DNA of 64,000 nucleotides from an uncultured Opitutaceae bacterium. GTDB lineage: Bacteria > Verrucomicrobiota > Verrucomicrobiia > Opitutales > Opitutaceae. Positions 20,183-29,603 of the stretch are shown here, in pieces. Each line of letters starts with the position of its first letter. The stretch's first letter is position 1. The position numbers and the translations under genes were made by a program. The notes below the pieces were generated by a model. It was not told where the DNA came from. It worked only from the letters and a program-made list of their open reading frames with translations, and made no database searches. The stretch is taken from the NCBI GenBank assembly GCA_964404745.1, contig CAYOLG010000006.1:4532-68531 (forward strand). The letters are read 5' to 3'.

Positions 20183-21091
20183 ATGAACCCTTCCCTATCC
20201 CGTCGCCATTTCCTGAAGACGTCCGCCGCCCTCGCTTCCGGAGCATTATTAGCTAACAATCTGCGGGCGGCTCATCACGGTTCCTATCCGCTGAAAGGGC
20301 GCCTGTACAAGACTCTAAAGATCAATATGATCAAGATTGACGGGTCTCTTACAGAGCGATTTCGAGCCGCTAAAAGAGCAGGATTCATGGGAGTGGAAAT
20401 GAACTCCCCCGGAATGAACGTGGAGGAGACCCGTCAAGCAATTGCTGCCAGCGGCCTGCCGGTCGACGGAACGGTATGCAGCACCCATTGGAAGATTCGC
20501 CACTCTAGTCCAGATGCTTCCATGCGTGCCCAAGCCCTAGTTGATCTCAAGACAGCGCTGCGCGATACGCACGCCGTGGGAGGCCACACCGTGCTACTGG
20601 TCGTTGGCAAAGGCGAAGACGGGCCCGAATCGGAAATTTGGCCGCGATCCATAGAGAACATTCGCCAGGCGATCCCGCTTGCGGCCGAACTCGGCGTTTC
20701 CATCGTGATTGAAAATGTTTGGAATCAATTTCTCTACGACCACGAGGGCGGGTCCGATCAAACGGCTGAACGCTTTGTCCGCTACGTCGACGAGTTCCAA
20801 TCTCCTTGGGTTGGGATGCAGTTCGATATCGGCAATCACTGGAAATACGGATCCATGGGGGATTGGATACGGATGCTGGGCAAGCGCGTCATCAAACTCG
20901 ACGTGAAAGGATTCTCGCGGGCGGAAAACAAGTTCATGCAAATCGGCGAGGGCGACATCGATTTTCTCGACGTTAGAAAAGCCCTCCATGAAATCAATTA
21001 CCACGGTTGGGTTGCCGCTGAAGTTAAGGGAGGCGATTTCGCCGAGCTGAAGCAGATCTCTGGCCAAATGGATCGCGTTTTCGGGCTCTAA
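20183..21091 (+). CDS. Tat-exported sugar phosphate isomerase/epimerase (AP_endonuc_2 TIM barrel)
   Basis: SRRHFLK Tat motif; IENVWN, FDIGNH, KLDVKG and AEV metal ligands. Confidence 0.88.
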   Translation: MNPSLSRRHFLKTSAALASGALLANNLRAAHHGSYPLKGRLYKTLKINMIKIDGSLTERFRAAKRAGFMGVEMNSPGMNVEETRQAIAASGLPVDGTVCSTHWKIRHSSPDASMRAQALVDLKTALRDTHAVGGHTVLLVVGKGEDGPESEIWPRSIENIRQAIPLAAELGVSIVIENVWNQFLYDHEGGSDQTAERFVRYVDEFQSPWVGMQFDIGNHWKYGSMGDWIRMLGKRVIKLDVKGFSRAENKFMQIGEGDIDFLDVRKALHEINYHGWVAAEVKGGDFAELKQISGQMDRVFGL

Positions 21092-21480
21092 AAATCCAAC
21101 GCAAATTGCCTTTCAGCTTCCTCGACTATCGCTTGCCGCAATTCTTCTCGGCTGGATTCCTCCAGAATAGGCATATCGCTCTCGAAGGAAATGAACGCCG
21201 TTTCGCCCGACGCATTTTTCACGGTGACGCCGAATCCCGATACCGTGGCGACGAAATCAAAGTGCAAGCGACGGCGAATACGTGTATTCACGAGCTCTAG
21301 TTCCTCAGTCTCTTCGACCAGATTCTTTACCCGATTGTAATCCCCCAAGATCCCGAATTCCTGGCCGACGTCAACAGTTCCAAAGTACAGTTGCGAAAGG
21401 AACAGTAAGCCCAGCGATACGATCATCGCTAAGGAAACGCGTACGCTTCGCCGGACTGTTTCTTTGGATAAGGAAAACAC
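21088..21480 (-). CDS. Hypothetical membrane-anchored protein
   Basis: 130-aa ORF with one N-terminal TM helix filling the gap; 4-bp stop overlap with the convergent gene. Confidence 0.55.
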   Translation of the reverse strand: MFSLSKETVRRSVRVSLAMIVSLGLLFLSQLYFGTVDVGQEFGILGDYNRVKNLVEETEELELVNTRIRRRLHFDFVATVSGFGVTVKNASGETAFISFESDMPILEESSREELRQAIVEEAERQFALDF

Positions 21481-21608
21481 TATGTTCGGGCATATCTGTA
21501 ATTGCGCGGCTTTCGCAAGTCAGAATTCAATAAGGATCTCCAGGCGATCCAAGCGTTGTACCATCCGTCACATTTGCTCATTATTTTTGGGGATGGTATT
21601 ATTCAATA

Positions 21609-21673
21609 GATCGGGAGGGCCGGCTCGGTCCTCCGATTTCCGAAGGTAGAGGACCGAGCCGATCCTCCCTGCC
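21609..21673. repeat. REPIN family A, degenerate 65-bp copy
   Basis: 26-nt arm + 13-nt spacer gatttccgaaggt + 26-nt inverted arm. Confidence 0.8.
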
Positions 21674-21832
21674 AAAAATGCCGAAGCAAGCTACGAGGTC
21701 GTGACATGAGGAAATAGAACGAAACCGCTTGATCGACGATCACGCATCCTGCTCTTGCGATCGCGGGGACAAGCTTTCAATTGCTCAGAATAAGGCTTTC
21801 GCCGAGCAATGCTTCCAAATAGAAAACTCAAT

Positions 21833-22786
21833 ATGATACGAGCGGCAGCCATCCAGTTTCAGCACCAGCCCAGCGACAAAGCAGCCAACTTGGCAACAAT
21901 CTGCAGGTTTTGCCAAGAGGCGGCCGACAAGGGCTGCCAGATTGTCTGCTTCCCAGAAATGTGTATTACCGGCTATTGGCATGTTCGCAACCTAGGTCGG
22001 GAAGAGATCGACTCTCTCGCTGAAGCGGTTCCCAATGGACCCACTACCCAGGCAATCGCCGAGCTAGCGAAGGAGTTCAATTTAATCGTCGGCGCTGGGC
22101 TGATTGAAAAGTCAGATACCGGCCACTACTACAATACCTACGTCGTGGCCCAACCGAATGGCCAAATCGACAAGCACCGGAAGCTGCACTGCTTCATCAG
22201 CGAGCACATGTCTAGCGGCGACAGCTATACCGTTATTGAGACAGACCTTGGTATCAAACTAGGCGTGTTGATTTGCTATGACAATAACCTCATCGAGAAC
22301 GTTCGCCTGACTGCCCTGAAGGGCGCCGACATTCTCCTCGCCCCCCACCAAACAGGCGGATGCGATTCGAGAAGTCCGGGGGCCATGAGCCCCATTGATC
22401 CCGCGCTTTGGCGAAACCGAAAAGCCGATCCTGAAGCTATCGAAACGGAATTCAAAAGCGTCAAGGGCCGTGAATGGCTGATGCGATGGCTGCCATCGCG
22501 GGCCCACGACAATGGGCTCTTCATCGTCTTCAGCAATGGCGTCGGCGAGGACGACGGCGAAGTTCGCACCGGAAATTCCATGATCATCGACTGCTACGGC
22601 CGCATTATTGAGGAAACCTGGCAGGCGGATGAGGCAATGGTCGTCGCCGACATGGATTTGGAATTGCTGGGGCGTTGTACGGGCAGGCGCTGGATTCGGG
22701 GAAGACGGCCCGAACTGTATTCAGAATTGTCCCGCCCGCAAGGAAATGAGCTCAATCCAAGGGAAGCTCGATTCAACGATGAGTAA
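21833..22786 (+). CDS. Carbon-nitrogen hydrolase (nitrilase/amidase superfamily)
   Basis: E-K-C triad in FPEM, HRKLH and LICYD. Confidence 0.9.
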   Translation: MIRAAAIQFQHQPSDKAANLATICRFCQEAADKGCQIVCFPEMCITGYWHVRNLGREEIDSLAEAVPNGPTTQAIAELAKEFNLIVGAGLIEKSDTGHYYNTYVVAQPNGQIDKHRKLHCFISEHMSSGDSYTVIETDLGIKLGVLICYDNNLIENVRLTALKGADILLAPHQTGGCDSRSPGAMSPIDPALWRNRKADPEAIETEFKSVKGREWLMRWLPSRAHDNGLFIVFSNGVGEDDGEVRTGNSMIIDCYGRIIEETWQADEAMVVADMDLELLGRCTGRRWIRGRRPELYSELSRPQGNELNPREARFNDE

Positions 22787-22853
22787 ATTCGCAACCTCAT
22801 AATTAGTGTAGTCTGAACTGGCCAATATCCCTTTTCTTCTTTACCCTTATCTT

Positions 22854-24464
22854 ATGGCGGAAGCGCTAATCACCGGATTCGGCGGTCTTGGCCTGTTTCT
22901 ATTCGGCATGGCTGTCATGACCTCGGGCTTGAAAAAGCTCGCAGGGGAAAAAATGCATCGTTGGTTAGGGCAAGCGACGAAGACTCCCGTTTCTGGAGCC
23001 ATGACCGGAGCGGCGGTAACCGCGATCATCCAGTCGTCGAGCGCCACTACCGTAGCTGCCGTTGGATTTGTTGGGGCTGGCCTCATGACATTCGCCCAAT
23101 CTTTGGGTATCCTGTTCGGAGCTAACATTGGCACAACGATTACTGGCTGGGCTGTGGCTCTGCTTGGCTTCAAACTTCAGCTAGGCGAAGTTTCTCTGCC
23201 GCTACTATTTGTAGCCGCTCTGCTTTATTTGAACAAGAACCACCGCAAACTGAGAGGGTCGGGTAAAGCCTTGGCTGGGTTCGCTTTGATCTTTCTCGGT
23301 ATCGACTTTCTCCAGACAGGGATGGGCGCCTCCCAGGATTGGATCGATCTGGGCGAAGTTCGCGCCAGCGCGTTCACGGGGCGAGTTGCGCTGGTTCTTA
23401 TTGGCATAGGCATCACACTGATAACTCAATCTTCCAGCGCTACTGTCGCTGCATCCCTAACCGCCCTCAACGCAGGCGAAATTAATCTCCCACAGGCTGC
23501 AGCCATCATCATTGGGGCCGACATTGGCACCACTGCTAAAGCCATCATCGCAACCATCGGAAACAACGCAGCATCGCGGCGAACCGGAGTCGCCCACTTG
23601 GTATACAATCTACTAACAGGGACTGGGGCATTTTTCCTGCTACCTCTCTATCTCGGAACGTGGACAATCGTCAGCCCCATAAAGATGACCGAATCCCCTG
23701 AAGTCGTAGCCGTAGCTTTCCACTCCACATTCAACATTCTTGGCGTCATCCTTGTTCTCCCTTTCACAAAACAATTCGCTAGGCTCATCGAGCGCATGAT
23801 TCCTATCCGCGGGCCCGCCCTGACAATCGCGCTCGACTCCACCCTCCTAGGAGATCCTGCCGCATGCTCCCAAGCCCTGGAATCTAGCCTACGCAAATTG
23901 GCCGAGACGGCTTTGGGCCACACTTCGTTTCTACTAAAGGCTGGTCGATTCGAGAAACCCGCCGTGACATTGAAAGAAATCGCCAGCGGCATCGACGAGA
24001 CGCGAACGTTCGCCGTTAAAACCGGTGAAATAACAGATGAAAGCGATCTCGATACGTCTAGACTATTCGATTCTCTACACGCGATCGACCATCTTGAGCG
24101 CCTGACGAACCGATTGCTTCGCAACAAAGACCTCTTCGCCACTCTGAAAGAGGACTCCGGCTTGAGCCAAACTATTGGTCGACTTTTGGAAAATCTCGGC
24201 TCCGCAGCCGGCGACATCTCAGCTAGACAAGCGATCGGTTCTGTCAATGATCTAAAGCAAATCGCAGATGATCTAGAACTAGACAAGCCTAGGGCTCGAA
24301 GCGACTTAATTGCAGCCGCGGCTCGAGGAAAGCTCTCTAGCGACCAACTCGACGACCGACTGGACGCTTGCAGGCTTCTTCGACGGATCGCCTATCATTG
24401 CTGGAGAACTTGCTACTACATCAATCAGTTTGAGCTAAGTGAAACCCTCAAGGGAAAAAGATAA
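22854..24464 (+). CDS. Na+/Pi cotransporter family protein with PhoU-like C-terminus
   Basis: Repeated QSSSATT / QSSSATV and GANIGTT / GADIGTT motifs; helical C-terminal tail. Confidence 0.88.
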   Translation: MAEALITGFGGLGLFLFGMAVMTSGLKKLAGEKMHRWLGQATKTPVSGAMTGAAVTAIIQSSSATTVAAVGFVGAGLMTFAQSLGILFGANIGTTITGWAVALLGFKLQLGEVSLPLLFVAALLYLNKNHRKLRGSGKALAGFALIFLGIDFLQTGMGASQDWIDLGEVRASAFTGRVALVLIGIGITLITQSSSATVAASLTALNAGEINLPQAAAIIIGADIGTTAKAIIATIGNNAASRRTGVAHLVYNLLTGTGAFFLLPLYLGTWTIVSPIKMTESPEVVAVAFHSTFNILGVILVLPFTKQFARLIERMIPIRGPALTIALDSTLLGDPAACSQALESSLRKLAETALGHTSFLLKAGRFEKPAVTLKEIASGIDETRTFAVKTGEITDESDLDTSRLFDSLHAIDHLERLTNRLLRNKDLFATLKEDSGLSQTIGRLLENLGSAAGDISARQAIGSVNDLKQIADDLELDKPRARSDLIAAAARGKLSSDQLDDRLDACRLLRRIAYHCWRTCYYINQFELSETLKGKR

Positions 24465-24508
24465 CGCTTTGACCGAGACGAAGCCTCCGCTCCGTTAAAG
24501 TTTCCTTC

Positions 24509-24807
24509 ATGATCGTACAACCCGGAGAAAAATTGCACATCATTCATCGTCAGAGGACCGTTGAATAGGTCGAGGGAAGCTTGATCGATTGAAAGGATAT
24601 CTATTCTCTCTCGACGTGGCGACTAATCAGTTCACTCGCCACAACGTCCGGCACACTCGGATTCTTTCCCTGGAAACCGAATCGATTATTACCAACGTGC
24701 TGCCAGAATCCGCGAACATCGAAAGCATTCGCTACGAATACGTTTCCGCCGGTCACATACACGTGACCGATGGAGTTGACTGGCACCTAGACATATCTCG
24801 CTTGTAG
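24509..24807 (+). pseudogene. Disrupted small hypothetical gene
   Basis: MIVQPGEKLHIIHRQ from ATG 24509 hits TAG and then shifts frame into LKGYLFSLD...NVLPESANIESIRYE; family recognised from memory only. Confidence 0.5.
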
Positions 24808-24819
24808 ACCTTTTCTTGC

Positions 24820-25239
24820 ATGCTCGCCATCGTCGAACTCGCAGAGAAAATAGCCACCGAAACCCACGCAGGGCAATTCCGGCGAGGAGCAGCTATCCCC
24901 TACATCGAGCACCCGCGAGCTGTGGCTTCACGAGTCGTCGACGATCTAGACGCCCAAGTGTTGGCCAACCTGCACGATGTCATTGAAGATTGCGATGTAT
25001 CGGCAGAAACCTTACAGAAAGGAGGCATTCCGGAAAAACATGTGTCAACAGTGCTCCGCTTGAAAAAGTCAGAGGGCCTTGACTACGCCAGCTATCTGGA
25101 TCGGGCCGCCCGATATCCATTGGTCACTAAAGTGAAGATCGCCGACATGATTTCCAACCTAGCCGACACCCCCAATCCTCGTCAAATTCGAAAATACGCC
25201 GTCGGGCTGGAACGCCTGACCCGGGAAAGGGTTAAGTAG
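24820..25239 (+). CDS. Stand-alone HD-domain hydrolase, RelA/SpoT HD_4 (Mesh1/small alarmone hydrolase-like)
   Basis: HAGQFRR, PYIEHP, LHDVIED and KIAD..SN motifs. Confidence 0.8.
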   Translation: MLAIVELAEKIATETHAGQFRRGAAIPYIEHPRAVASRVVDDLDAQVLANLHDVIEDCDVSAETLQKGGIPEKHVSTVLRLKKSEGLDYASYLDRAARYPLVTKVKIADMISNLADTPNPRQIRKYAVGLERLTRERVK

Positions 25240-25452
25240 CGCAGTGCTTCTTCCCGTGTCAGTCTGGCTTCCATTTTAAAGGCTGGGGAGGTTCGACGAA
25301 TGTACTCCCAACTGCATCGAAGGCTCTGTCTACCCTTCTCAAAACCAATTTAGCATTGGCAGACAAACATTCCCTACCCAAGGTCTGATTCCTCCCCATT
25401 CTAAACTACACTCGTTTTTCACTCTTCCAAACTCACTCTTCACTATTCCTAA

Positions 25453-27168
25453 ATGGGTACGTTTCTTTCCTTTCTCTTCTTCACCGGCTTGGTCGGCCTG
25501 ATCACCTATCTCCGCACCCGACGCGACAATCTCCACTCTTCCAAGGGCTACTTCTTGGCCAGCAATAGTCTCAATGGCTGGGTGATCGCCGGCTCGCTGA
25601 TGCTGACCAATCTCAGCGCCGCCAATTTCACCGGCATGACAGGCAATGTCTACAAGGGGAACCTATCTCCCATCGCCTGGACCGCCACCGTCATCCCGGT
25701 ACTGGTCTATTTCTGCGCCTATCTTCTGCCAACCTTCCTGAAAGGCGGCTTCACCACTATCCCCGAGTTTCTGGAGAATCGCTTCAGCCCGACGACACGA
25801 CGAATAGTGGCCATCATGTTCCTATTCTCCTACATCCTTAGCGGCATGCCAGTCGCTCTCTACGGGGGCTCAATTGCCATTAACCAACTATTTGGCGTTC
25901 CGGAAGCCTTCGGCATAACCCCAGAAATCTCTATTTGGATTGTCGTTTGGGGCTTAGGGATCATCGGCAGTATCTACGCCCTTTTTGGTGGATTGAAAGG
26001 GGTAGCCGTTTCCGATACGCTCAATGGAATCGGTCTCCTCATCGGCGGGGCCTTGGTATTTATCATCGGCGTCTACCAAGTGGGCGACCAGAATTTCGTT
26101 GCCGGGGCCAAAACCATTCTAACCAAGAATACTGAAATCCTGGACGCCATCGGCGACGTAGCCGACGGGATTCCGTTCTCAGTCCTTTTCACCGGCATGC
26201 TCCTGCACAACCTGTTCTTCTGGAGCACCAACCAGTTCATCATTCAACGCACCCTGGGAGCGCGGAGCCTCGAGGAAGGCCAAAAAGGCGTCATGATCGC
26301 CTCCTTTTTCAAGATCCTGAACATCTTCTATATCGCCATGCCAGGAGTGATTGCCCTCCACTTGTACGGTCCTGGCCACTTCGATAACCCGGACTGGGTT
26401 TATCCCACGTTGATCGGCGACATCATGCCCACCTTCATGGTTGGCTTCTTCGCCGCAGTGATATTCGGTACCGTCCTCAGCACGTTTAACTCGGTTCTCA
26501 ATAGCAGCGTCACCATCTTCGCCCTCGATATCTACAAACCAATATTCGGAAAGGATCTCGATGACGATACCATCATTCAACGTAGCAAGAAAATCGGTGT
26601 CGCCATGGCGGTCATAACGATGACGATCGCCCCTTTCATCATGTACTTTCCGGAAGGGATTTTCACATTCATGGTCAAAGTGGATAGTCTATTCGGAGCG
26701 CCTATTCTCATGGTAATGCTACTCGGGTACTTCTCCCGCAAGACGCCGCCTTTCGCCGCCAACATTTGCCTTGGCCTTTTCCTCGCCGTCTATGGAGCTT
26801 TCATGTTCTACATACCTGTTGACATGCACTACCTTCACTACATGGCCATCCTCTTCGTCGTATTTATTTCTTTGGCATTGCTGATAGGACGCATCAAACC
26901 AGAAACGAAACCCAACTTCCGGGATGCCGGCACTGAAGGTGTCGACATGACCCCCTGGAAGCATTTCAAAACCGTATCCATCGTAGCCACCCTCGTCATG
27001 ATCGGGGCTTACATTCTCCTCTCCCCCATGGGCCTCGTCGATGCCGAACGCGAAAAGACCATAGAATATGGATACATCGCTATCGGCATCGTCATCGCCT
27101 TCCTGGTTTTAATTCTGCCGATTTTGCGACAACGGTCCCCAAGAGTATCCAATCGAACCGCATCATAG
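25453..27168 (+). CDS. Solute:sodium symporter (SSS; YidK-like sugar symporter)
   Basis: GSLMLTNLS, FTTIPEFLENRF, NQFIIQRTLGA; many TM helices. Confidence 0.9.
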   Translation: MGTFLSFLFFTGLVGLITYLRTRRDNLHSSKGYFLASNSLNGWVIAGSLMLTNLSAANFTGMTGNVYKGNLSPIAWTATVIPVLVYFCAYLLPTFLKGGFTTIPEFLENRFSPTTRRIVAIMFLFSYILSGMPVALYGGSIAINQLFGVPEAFGITPEISIWIVVWGLGIIGSIYALFGGLKGVAVSDTLNGIGLLIGGALVFIIGVYQVGDQNFVAGAKTILTKNTEILDAIGDVADGIPFSVLFTGMLLHNLFFWSTNQFIIQRTLGARSLEEGQKGVMIASFFKILNIFYIAMPGVIALHLYGPGHFDNPDWVYPTLIGDIMPTFMVGFFAAVIFGTVLSTFNSVLNSSVTIFALDIYKPIFGKDLDDDTIIQRSKKIGVAMAVITMTIAPFIMYFPEGIFTFMVKVDSLFGAPILMVMLLGYFSRKTPPFAANICLGLFLAVYGAFMFYIPVDMHYLHYMAILFVVFISLALLIGRIKPETKPNFRDAGTEGVDMTPWKHFKTVSIVATLVMIGAYILLSPMGLVDAEREKTIEYGYIAIGIVIAFLVLILPILRQRSPRVSNRTAS

Positions 27169-27258
27169 ACAGAGAAAGGTGTAAAACTCTAGGAACTGCC
27201 CAAGAATACGTTTCAGAAAAACTCGCTTTTACCAGAATCAATCCTATGGGTGGAAAAT

Positions 27259-28176
27259 ATGAAAGAGAGTAGCTCAATCAATCGCCGCGAAATGCTTAAG
27301 CGAGGAGCCGCAGGAATCGTGGCCGGAGCCGCAGCAGGCACGGGATTGAATGCCCAAAGCGCGGGTGGCGGAACGACTTCCAAAGTTGTTGCCAATGGAC
27401 GCATTCGCCAATCGATCATGGGCTGGTGCTTCCGGGACCATATGGATGCCGTGACCTTGGCCGGCCATTGCAAAGAGATCGGACTAGTAGCAATGGAGGG
27501 AATTTCCGCCGAGCACTATCCGGCCATCATGGAGTTGGGCTTGGAGGTATCACTAGTTTCCGGGAATCACGGATTCGCTCGGGGTCCCTGCAATCCGGAA
27601 TACCACGATCTGGTCATCAAAGGGCTCATTGAAGGAATCGACTTAGCCAAAGAGGTCGGCTGCCAAAATGTGATCACTTTTACGGGGATGCGGTACGATG
27701 GCATGGACGACGAAAAAGCCGCCCAACGCTGCATCGATACCTGGAAAGAAGTGCTGCCGCATGCGGAAAAGCAAGGCGTCACCCTAGTCCTCGAGCATCT
27801 AAACTCCCGCGACGATACCCACCCAATGAAAGGGCACCCAGGCTACTTCGGCGACGACCTAGACTTCTGCGTCGATCTGATCAAGCGAGTCGGTTCCGAC
27901 AATTTTAAACTGCTCTTCGACATCTATCACGTGTCGGTGATGAATGGCGACATCATCCGCCGCATTCGCCAGTATCACCAATATATCGCCCACTACCACA
28001 CTGCCGGAAATCCCGGTCGTGGCGAACTCGACGACACCCAGGAAATCAATTATCCGCCGATTCTTGAAGAAATTCTGAAAACTGGATACACAGGATACGT
28101 GGCTCAAGAATTTATCCCTACTTGGGACGACCCAATCGCTGGATTGCGACACGCCGCCGAGCTTTGCGATGTGTAA
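27259..28176 (+). CDS. Tat-exported hydroxypyruvate isomerase-like TIM-barrel protein
   Basis: NRREML Tat motif; LEHLN, LLFDIYH, HYHTAGNPGR and QEF motifs. Confidence 0.88.
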   Translation: MKESSSINRREMLKRGAAGIVAGAAAGTGLNAQSAGGGTTSKVVANGRIRQSIMGWCFRDHMDAVTLAGHCKEIGLVAMEGISAEHYPAIMELGLEVSLVSGNHGFARGPCNPEYHDLVIKGLIEGIDLAKEVGCQNVITFTGMRYDGMDDEKAAQRCIDTWKEVLPHAEKQGVTLVLEHLNSRDDTHPMKGHPGYFGDDLDFCVDLIKRVGSDNFKLLFDIYHVSVMNGDIIRRIRQYHQYIAHYHTAGNPGRGELDDTQEINYPPILEEILKTGYTGYVAQEFIPTWDDPIAGLRHAAELCDV

Positions 28177-28269
28177 GTGATTGCTTTGCAATTTCGCGGT
28201 CCCGCTAAGCGTGGATCGCTCCTACAATTTCGTCCTTACGCCTTCATCTTTCAACCTTAACGATTCACC

Positions 28270-28902
28270 ATTTCCGCTTCCCTGACCATTCCTGAGCGCT
28301 GCGGCGCGATTCTGCTGCCCAAGGCGACGCTTTTTCCGCAGGGCGTTTTGCCGCTGCACATTTTCGAGCCACGGTATAGGCAAATGCTCGACGACGCCCT
28401 GGAATCGCACTGCATGATGTGTGTGGGCACGTTGACTCAAAACGAAACCGACGATCCTGCTGATTGTACGGCAAAAACGGGCACGATCGGCTTGATCCGT
28501 GTTTCTAAGGAGCAGGAGGACGGGCGTTCTAACCTAATTCTGCATGGCATCCTCCGCGTCGATTTCACCAATTGGCTGGATGAAAATGAATATCCTTATG
28601 CGGAGATCGAACCGAGCCCGTCCGTCCCGATTCCTGATGATGAGATCGATCAAGTTAAGGCTGCACTACAAGACGCACTATATTCGGCTTTGAAGCATTT
28701 CCCCGATGCGATTGTGGACCGCATCAAGAAGTCGCTCGCCCAGGTCGACTCTAGCTCTTCTGCGCTAGCGGATGTGGTGGCCCAGCAATTCGTGGTCGAT
28801 CCTGACAAGCGGAGAGCCCTGCTGGAGGAACCGGATGTTAAGAAGCGATTCGAGATGCTGACTCGGGAGATTGGACACGCCGATTGGGGAAGCAGTAACT
28901 AG
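28270..28902 (+). CDS. Lon protease N-terminal substrate-binding domain protein (LON_N/PUA-like, stand-alone)
   Basis: LFPQGVLPLHIFEPRYRQM signature; homology extends upstream of TTG 28348, so the start is uncertain (ATT 28270 proposed). Confidence 0.8.
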   Translation: MSASLTIPERCGAILLPKATLFPQGVLPLHIFEPRYRQMLDDALESHCMMCVGTLTQNETDDPADCTAKTGTIGLIRVSKEQEDGRSNLILHGILRVDFTNWLDENEYPYAEIEPSPSVPIPDDEIDQVKAALQDALYSALKHFPDAIVDRIKKSLAQVDSSSSALADVVAQQFVVDPDKRRALLEEPDVKKRFEMLTREIGHADWGSSN

Positions 28903-28970
28903 GGATTGGGTTGTTGGGATTTAACAACGCCACAATCGATCTAGTCAAAGGTAGGGCTGATCCCGCAGTC

Positions 28971-29460
28971 GCGTATCGGCGTCAAATTAAGCTCGCCCGG
29001 CTTGCGCCGCCGTAGAATCGCGTAGGCGTGAGGTCGAGTTCCACCTTTCTGCGTCGAGTTCAGGGTGGAACCCGACCTCCTGGCGGGTTTTAGAAGCGGA
29101 TATTTGTCGAGTTTACACGCTTATAGATTGGTGGGGCTAAACCCGACAATATTGGGGCTCCTACCTTTCTGTTCTTTGAGGGATGAATGGAGGGGCCGGA
29201 TTCCACGATCAGCGATCGCGACTACAATTCGGTGATTTACGAAACGTCCCAAACCTTTGCGAACCGGAGCGTTTAAGGTAGCGGGCGGTCTCCGAGCGCC
29301 CACATACGGTAGAACCAGCTTCTAGCCTGATAGCTCAATCTCTATAATAATGGCAGGAGGCCCGTGCTGCTTTTCAAATGGCCGCCCGGAGGTCTGCCAC
29401 CACCATTAAGTCTCTAAAGATTCCTTAGGCTACGGGACGAATACCAATCCTCACTACCCT
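28971..29460. repeat. BIME-like mosaic of REP elements, including REPIN family B (28991-29089)
   Basis: 20-mer flank, family B pair with 18-nt spacer, further palindromes near 29130-29166, 29277-29302 and 29352-29404. Confidence 0.7.
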
Positions 29461-29603
29461 TAGGAATGTAACCTGCCAGCCGGAACTGCAAAATTTGAGA
29501 GTGTAATTGCGCAGTTTGGCCAAATCTGCTAGCGGTATAATTCTCGGTGCATCAGACAGATGCCGTTTTGTCCGAATTAACCTGAAACCTCGGAATATTT
29601 ATC

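Noticed and set aside
29513-29541. sigma70 promoter for the Gfo gene (TATAAT at 29536)
   Set aside because: No acceptable -35 hexamer at 16-18 nt spacing; too weak to call.
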